A stretch of 64,000 nt of DNA from Nemertoderma westbladi (lineage: Eukaryota > Animalia > Xenacoelomorpha). The notes beneath the pieces are model-generated. The model was given only the letters and a program-made list of their open reading frames with translations. It was not told the origin of the DNA and searched no databases. A program made the position numbers and the translations under genes. This document shows, piece after piece, positions 56,204 through 64,000 of the stretch (positions are counted from its first letter, which is position 1; each line of letters opens with the position of its first letter). The DNA lies in the NCBI GenBank assembly GCA_032718475.1, contig JAUCBJ010008182.1:1-64000 (forward strand), given 5' to 3'.

Positions 56204-59069
56204 CTCGATGATACGACCTGTCTGCCACCGCTTACGTGGAAGATCTGATTCCACAATAAGGACCATGTCTCCGGCGCTGACGTTTTCTTGCTGCGCAAAC
56301 CACTTGGTTCGAAGTTGTAGCGTAGGCAGATAATGTTTTTCGAAATGGTCAGCGAAACAACGGGATAATAACTGCATAAGTTGCCAAGTTTGTCGGCAGT
56401 ATTTGTCTCCGTCCGTGATTTCCGATTGTGGGAGCATGGCTACAGGTTTCATCAGTAGGAAATGCGCGGGTGTTAGCGCTTCTAGGGAGTCGGGACTCGA
56501 TGAGACTGGCATAAGCGGTCTCTCGTTAAGATAGGCAGCGATTTCTTCCATTAACGTCCGCAAAAGTTCGTCGGTGAGATACACGCGGCAGGGCACTATA
56601 AAGTGAAATGCGGTCTTCACGCTCGCTCCTTATTAATCTCTCCCAACTTCCTCCCCACCAAGGGGCATCGGCGGCGTTGAAGGTCCAGCTAGATGCTGTT
56701 ACCCTTAGCTGATCGTCCACCTGTCTTTGGTTCCAATCTTTAACATAAGCTTTGATCTCATAATTGGCGCCAATGAAGTTCGTTCCCTTATCAGATCTCA
56801 TCGTGTTACTAGTTCCAAAGCGAGCGATCTGTCGTCGTAAGCTTAATAGGAAGCTGTTGGTAGATAAATCGTTCACCATATCGAGATGGATAGTTCTACA
56901 AGTCATACAAACAAAGATGACACACCATCTCTTGACTATAGTCCTAGCACGATATACTTCAATAGGGCCAAATAAATCCACACCGGTATTAGTAAAGGGT
57001 GGTTCATAGAAGCTTACTCGTTCCCTAGGTAATTCTGCCTCTCGCTGTGTTAAAGGCCTACTGAATGCTTTCCTACAGGGTATACAGTTCCTAAGAACTT
57101 GGTTCAGAGCTCTACGGGGTTTATGGAAATAATAGCGAGTTCGAATTTCGCTAAGAACTCGTTCTCTACCAGCATGGTAAAGCCTACTTTGAACATCTAC
57201 AATCATCTTGATTTGTATTTCAAGATTTCTAATGAGTTTGGGAAACTTAGTGTCAAAGGATAATGGAGCATTAGTTAATCTCCCTCCAACACGTATTAAC
57301 CCATCTATCATTGTGCTAGAGAAACGACCCCTTAAGCGCGTCTGTGGATTTCTCAACAACAGGAAATACTTATCGGAATCTTCATAGCATTGCAGGAGTC
57401 TCAGTATCTGCTTATTGGTTTCTTCATGCTCTTGATAACTGAGCTTTTCCGTCAGAAACCTATCCGATACTTTATATTTGGGAAGATCTTTAATAGCATG
57501 GACCTGCGTGGATGTCAGTGGAGCGGTATCACTAGCGATCTTCGTCCTGGAGTAGTGATGATGGAAGCATCGCTTCAAATACACAACGGCCTTACAAAGC
57601 CGATTCCAGGAGCTATAGTGATTTATTGCTCTCTGCAGGAGAGGTGAGAGTTCCTGCGAGACGTCTGGTGTTCCAGATTTCCAGTCTCTTTCTCTAATTT
57701 CCACAACAGATTTATTTGTGGCGGGGAAGTTTAGATCCACAGCGTCATCCCCGGAAATGTGTAGTACAGACAGATCTATCACGGGTTTAAATAACTTTGA
57801 TTTACTCGTTCGGGTTTTAGGTTTGACTTTCTCCGCTCCCTTGGCTTGTCTAATCTCAGCCGTGGTGAGATGAGGAGGCCATTCATCCTCTTCTTTACTT
57901 AGGAAGTCGGGTCCTCCTAACCAGTCTGGAGTATCTATCAGTTCTTGAGGAGTTGCTCCTCTGGAGGCGATGTCGGCTGGATTAATCGTCCCAGGGCAAT
58001 GTCTCCATTGATCTACATTAGTGCGACTAAGTATAATGGCTACTCTGTTGGTAACGAAGACGCTGAACTGACAGACTTCATTGGTTATATACTCCAAAAC
58101 GAGTAAAGCATCAGTCCAATAGACAGTTTTCTCCAGTGGATAGTCGATCTGTTCTGTTACATTCCGGCCGATGGCTGTAGCGTATAGAGCCGCCTTTAAC
58201 TCCGCTCGAGGAACTCGTAATTTATTATTTATCAAGGCCTTAGAGGTAACCAAGGCAACTTTGATTCCATCCGGAGTTTCAACCCTCAGGTAGGCTACTA
58301 TACCTATTCCCATATCGCTGGCGTCTCCAAACACATGGAGTTGATAGGAAACGTGGGGAGAACGTGACCAAAATATGAACGGGAAATCCTAAAGTTGTCG
58401 ATGGATGGTAGAGATCTTCCCATTTCATCCACTTCTTTAGTAGTTCTCCCTTAAGTGGATCGTCCCACGAGTGGTTTTCAAGCCACATTTGTTGCACTAA
58501 ACTCCGAGCAACCAATATAACTGGGCTAATAAATCCCAATGGATCGAAATAAGTGCTCAGGATACTTGAACAAATCCGTTAAGTTCGAACTGGATTATCT
58601 CGCTGTTTTAGCTGGAAAAACAGGATATCTCTCTCCGTGTCCCATTTCAAACCAAGCATCTTGGTTTCCGGAAGATCGTCTTTGATAAGGTCTAGATCTT
58701 TAACACCTCGGTCTTCTACGGGGATCGATTCCAGAAACTCACGGGAGTTATTAGTGAATTTGGTTAGTCGAAATCCACCATGTTTCAAGCACTCTACCGT
58801 TCCCTTAGCAACATCAATGGCTTCTTCCACCAATGGGAGGGACTTTAAATTGTCGTCCATGTATATATCCCGTTTGATGTTGTCGATAACCGCTTTAGAG
58901 AAGGCGTCTCGGTTGTCATCAGCAGTGGTACGCACTACTGAACAAGCGTTCGAGGGGCTCGAGATGATCCCGAAAGCCTGGATGGTCATCCAGTACTCCA
59001 CCAGTTTTTGGTTGAGGTCTCCTTCAGGCCACCACAGAAATTGTAGGCTGTCTCGATCCCTATCCAGCG
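56204..59069 (-). pseudogene. Host BEL/Pao pol (RT, RNase H, integrase), frameshifted, different family
   Basis: YMDD, KMLGLKWD, FDPLGFISP, FGDAS, PRAEL, NPADIASRG, GVDLFGP, SDKGTNF, GGSWERL, LTPAHFL across several frames. Interrupted at 59070. Confidence 0.93.
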
Positions 59070-61360
59070 TGTTACGGTATATGGCGCTGTATCCATATTA
59101 TTAGTCATCATGCAGTATGCAATATTAGTCCGTTATGCAGTATGCAATATTAGTCCGTTATACTGTACGTAATATTAGTCCATTGTGCAGCATGATATTT
59201 TAGATAAGGCATAATAACGCAGTGGTATTTAGGTAGGGAAATCAAAACGCCTATATATTTGAAACCATCCATTTTGTATAGTATGTAGCCCTACCTACGT
59301 AATTTTGTATTAGGATATATGTAGATAGTTCCAGGGTAGCGAGTTTATTCGGACCCTGGATTTTGTGCTTGCTGATATTAGTTTGATAGGGCCAGCATAT
59401 AGGGACGCCGTCCTGGCCATTCAGCAGCCAGAGACGTGATCCATTACCATATATGGTAATAATTTGAGCAATAGGGCTACAATCCGGCCTCCTTATTGGA
59501 TTAACTGCTTCCAGGTTGGTCTAATGCTAGCATGGACTGGAGAGCCAATAGGAGAGCGATTGAGTCACCCTATTGCATCATCCCATATGGATCACCTATA
59601 AATTGGCGGTGTGCCGGTAGAGCCTTACTGTTTTGACCTGTTATCAATCGATTCAACCTTCACTGCTGTTGTACTTGCTGAGCTGTCTCTATTCAATTTT
59701 GACGGATTTTAGAGTATTTTTGCAATTTGATTAATTTCTTGAAATGATTTGCTAGTGCGATTACTCTTGCTTGTGTTTCTCAATTAATTCCTTCGATTAC
59801 TGCTAATTACAACTGAACTATGATTTCTACCTTTTGATTAATGGTTCTATGTGATTCTTTTCTGCGCAATAATCCTAAGGGATTTCTGTGACTGTCAGAC
59901 TTTGTGATTTGCATGCGCCGCTACGGTAGCTATTAGCATAATGGAGGGCTAAGGCGCCAGTGGGCGGTGGGCACATCGGGGGGTTGAGCGACTAAGGGAG
60001 AGCGGAGGATTCAAAAGCGGGCAACGCTGGCGGGGGTCAACGTTGCGGTCGGGCAGTTTGGACTGTGGGTTGGAGACCGCTCGCCGGTACAGTAATTAGG
60101 GGGCTGATGATCCAAGGTTTTGTCTCTATTTAGTATTAGGGGGCAGGAATTGGGTTAGTTAGGAAGCCTAGATGTACCCGGGAGGGGCCTGCATACCTTA
60201 CAGTAAGTAAGTAAGTAAGTAAGTAAGTTGCGAGTAAGTAGATTGCGAATTAGTCAATTGCGAATTATTATGTTGCGAATTATATAATTGCAGATTGTAT
60301 AATTGCAAGTCGTGCTATTGTGATCTGTGATTGCTGACGCTGATTGGTGTGTTACTAAAGTGTGCCTATGATTACGAATGCTTAGATAGGCGCTCTTTTC
60401 CCTTTGATTGATTCTATCTCTTAGTTTACCGTAAATAATTACTGATTAGGTCAAAGTAATACAGTATTTTAGGCTGTTACATATTTGTGACTGTAATTAA
60501 TTAGTAAAATTAAGAATTAGTACGCAGCATAGCGGAGAGTAGCTAAGGTAATAATTAGAGTACCGTAAACTATTCACGTTGAGCGGTTATTTGAATTAGC
60601 GGGCAATAAGCTAGATCGCAATAGTTAGTACGCAAGACACTAGTAAGTTGCTGGCCTAAAGCCAGCTGCAGGCAAGTTTAGACCCAGAGCGGTAACACCT
60701 ACGAAAGACATTGTACTGTACCAATTTTGATTTATTTAAATATTCTCGCATTCACACATTTCGTTAGGGAACCCTCCGTATTCGCGATTAGAAAAGACGT
60801 AGGCATTAGCGTACTTCAACAGTAGTAAAATTAGGCGTAAGAATATACTCTGAGTGCAAAGCCCCTCGCACTCGTCTTAAGTAAGCTTAGGGAGCCGACT
60901 CGGGTTTATTGTTTTGGTTATTCCCGCGTGGCTCATAGATTCGAACAGTTAGCTCTCTATCGAGCGATCGGTAGAGAAAGGAACAAGCGATTTTGCAGGA
61001 GCTGTGTAAATTTAGTAAAATATATTAGCGGACGGCAGATTAGCGCCATCCAACGGTAAGTAGCGGTTTTGTATTTAGCAACCCTTACAATTTAGTAATA
61101 GCACGCTCCTGATCCCCTTTACTTAACAGTAGAGCAGTCTTTGTGTCTTATTGGTTAGGCGAGAGCTCATTAGGTTGGCAGAGAGGTATACGGGTATTTG
61201 TCTGTTCAACAGTTCTGCTGTTAGTATAGGTGTCGCGGTTGTTTAACAGTAAGGTATGCCTGGTTTTGCTGTACTGCGTACAGTAAATACAAATTAGATT
61301 ACTGTATTAGGCACTGTACTGCGTACAGTAGAACATCGAGTGTATTCTTAGGCTGATTGG

Positions 61361-62923
61361 TTTTTTTTTTTTTTTTTTACTCAAAAGCCTCCATATATTA
61401 TAATATTAACAAACAATAATTCGAATATAAAAACGCACCAAAACAAGTACAAATATAACCCACCACCAGCTGATTCAAACTGTTACCTAGCAACAATACA
61501 AACAATACAAATTGGTTCAGTACCCATCACCAGTCTGCCACTCTGCCACTGCCAGTACCCAACAAACCCGCCAGACCTCTAACTTCTAAGCCGTCCCGGG
61601 GTCCGAGTCCGCGTTCGCCCACACAATGGACGCGTCCGCCACCGCTGCCCGCACCGGTCTTCTAGCGGCCGACCGAAACCCACGGAGGCACATCAGGGAC
61701 GACCGGAGTAAGGCGAAGTTGATGCGTCGCCGCACCCACGCTACCGACTCCGGGTAGGGAACCCGTCGTTTCTCCGACAGCCTCAATGCCAGCCGCTTCA
61801 CAAACTGCTTCGCAGCCGGCGCCATGCCCCCGAAAGCGGAAAATATGAGGGGGGTGAAGGTTGAGTGCTCAACCTCACGGATCCGCTCCTCGTATCTCCG
61901 GATCTTCCTCGCCTCGTGATGGAGGTGGGCGGCGTCCAGCGACATCGCTGCGTTGGTGTCCGCCAGCGGGTTGAACACCGACACGTCGATAAACATCTTC
62001 TGGAAGCGGTTGCCCCAGAATCCGCTTACCGACACGTCGAGTCTCGCCTGCTGGTCCGTCGAGGTGGACCGGAGAGTGAAGGACTCCCCCGTCAGCGGCT
62101 GGAGCATCGGCTCGACAGCCACGTTGTGGGCCACCTCAGTCAGGGAGTCGGCGACGAAATCGCGGATCTCGTTGTGTCTGATTGAGGGGAACCCCCCAGT
62201 GGGACACGACAGAACGTGGGAAGGAGAAAATCGCGACCCACAGACACAACGAGAGGGAAGATTTCTTGGCGACCAACCGTACCGGAGACAAACTGCGTCA
62301 CGGAACTCTTCCTTGGACAGGTGAGTGTCGTGCAACGTTAAGGGTTTGGTATTTAGCCAGGCAGACGCACCTTTCTCAGTAGTTAGTCCGCACAAATTGT
62401 GCATTTCACTACTTAATTTGTCATAAACCTCCTCCTTTTTAGCTTTCGCTACCACAGAGGAGGAGGCTGCAACTAACTTCGCTACGTGCGTCTGCTCTTC
62501 CCTAATCGTCACCATTGACTCACCCTCCATGGAGATGAACGGGTCGCAGATCCTCCGGGAGTTCTCGTATTGGGGTCGTAGATCCTCGGGAACCGGGATC
62601 CCCAGCCCCCCATCCCGAACCGGTAGCGACAGCAACTCGCGTTCCGTCGCCGATACCGCCGGCCGGTCAATGATCCGGCAGAGGCACTGTTCCACGGCCT
62701 CCTCCAACTTCCCAAAAGAATCCGTGGCCCCTGGGACGACGCGCGCCAAGAACCGCCACCGGCAGGAGAGACCGAAGGCGAGGCCGGCGTACGCGCAGTG
62801 CGGGTCGACTGCGGCGATGGTGGCGAGGCGATCCACGTCGGCGGCGAACTCCTCCACCTTCCGCTCGGTGTACTCGCGCTGGAACTCCTCGGTCCCGATT
62901 ACTCCGCCGAGGCTTAGTCTTAG
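61361..62923 (-). mobile_element. 5'-truncated CRE-like non-LTR retrotransposon with poly(A) tail
   Basis: T18 at 61361-61378. 15-bp TSD TCTTAGGCTGATTGG at 61346-61360 and 62924-62938. GC-rich coding body. Confidence 0.9.
61586..62912 (-). CDS. CRE-like ORF C-terminus: RT thumb, zinc finger, restriction-like endonuclease
   Basis: LGGVIGT, LPVRDGGLG, FRDAVCLRYG, CVCG..H...C, RHNEIRD, RLDV, FIDVSV, KIRRY, FTPLIFSAFGGM. Confidence 0.88.
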
Positions 62924-64000
62924 TCTTAGGCTGATTGGTAGTATCACTGTTACTGCCGTAACAGTAAGGTATGTGTTATTGTCTGCTGTAGGCCTACCGC
63001 GTACAGTAGGACATAGAGTATATTCTTAGGCCGTGAAGATTTAGATTTACTGATACTTCGTAACAGTAAGGTATGCATTATTGGCTGTTGCTTGCAGCGG
63101 TCAATAGAGTATTCTTAGGCTGATAGTAGTATCATAGTATTAGGCAATAAGTTAGAGCACGTGATCGTCTGCTGTAGGCTATAGGCTAGCGTACAGTAAG
63201 ACATTGAGTTTATTCTATTAGGTTGTTAGTTTATATTCCTGTATTCACTGGCTGCGTACACTAGTACAGTAGTACATTAGGCTGATTGCTGTTACTGCGT
63301 ACGGTAGAAGGACATTTGTTTGCCGTACCACACACAGTATCATTAGGCTGTTAGGTTGGTGTACTGTTTTACTTACTGTACTGCATACAGTGGATGTACG
63401 GTAGTGCGTTTTGCTAATTGCGAATACAGCAGTTCCTTAGGCCTTAGGGCAAACAGTAATTAGTAAGTTTTTTGAAAATTTTAGCTAGGTTTGCGAGAAT
63501 TCAGTTTTCGGTCAAAATTATTTGTAAAATTCTAGAGTTTTGTACCGGTATGTTAGGTAACCGTTTAGTTATTTTATACCATCTGGAGATACATGGCAAG
63601 ACGGAACTTCTGAGTTTGGGGTTCGTGTGGGTCTGCGGGTTCGGTTTGCAATCAGCGAAGGGACTGAATCTTTGGACGCGGACGTGGAATCTCACAGCAA
63701 ACAAGGTTAGTTGTTCTGTTGGCACCACTGTGTTTGTGGAAGCAGTAAAAAATTACCGGTTGTTTAACTGCGAAGCTGAACTCAATTTATTAGTTAGGAT
63801 ATTTAGGTTTAGCCGGCCATGGTTTTTGAATCGCTCAAGTTAGAGAGAGAGTTAGAGAGAGTCGCAACCCGAAGATGTAGCCACGCGCTAGTGGATACAT
63901 ATAATATTTGAAATTAAAATTACGTTGATTAGAGCTATATATAAAATTAGAAATATTCGGGTGGCAAGTTTATTTTGAATATTTTGTATTAGATTCAAGG

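Larger units (their letters stand above)
59070..64000 (+). mobile_element. Second LTR element inserted in host RT: long 5' LTR plus leader, coding region beyond window
   Basis: Host RT stops abruptly at TGTTACGG. 25-bp tandem repeats 59096-59195, CCAAT and TATAAA near 59598. Candidate ends TTTAACA 61248, CCGTAACA 62963, TCGTAACA 63065. Confidence 0.7.

Noticed and set aside
60691-60697. GTAACA as the end of the LTR starting at 59070
   Set aside because: Followed by neither the TSD nor a PBS-like sequence; better inverted matches occur at 62963 and 63065.
27773-63843. Many short antisense and overlapping ORFs in the track
   Set aside because: Shadows of long TE ORFs or AT-rich noise with no independent motifs.

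Overview
Invertebrate (metazoan) nuclear DNA with a two-gene island followed by a nested retrotransposon cluster. Bases 1-10 kb hold the last two exons of a plant-type phospholipase D (+). They also hold a 4-exon Pax-like gene (-) missed by the ORF track, with only the RED half of the paired domain plus a terminal eh1/octapeptide, and a near-intact LINE in its second coding intron. From about 16 kb, a decayed minus-strand BEL/Pao element hosts three inserts. (i) A 5'-truncated RTE LINE. (ii) A 31.2-kb three-LTR, two-body BEL/Pao composite (24990-56203, TSD CTCGA, atypical TA..TA termini). (iii) A second long-LTR element starting at 59070 that itself carries a CRE-like non-LTR insert. The composite family (about 18.4 kb reconstructed) is the most unusual system. 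It has no tRNA primer-binding site; instead the 11 nt abutting the LTR are the exact reverse complement of an 11-mer inside the LTR, as in Tf1-type self-priming, and the unrelated LTR at 59070 shows the same arrangement. Its LTR carries a tRNA-derived Pol III cassette. A 20-nt hairpin recurs 10 times per element across different reading frames. An extra, non-env ORF of about 1241 codons fuses an unrecognised N-terminal domain (shared with the decayed host BEL), a DEDDy-like 3'-5' exonuclease and three zinc knuckles. All domain calls are by-eye motif recognition, not database results.
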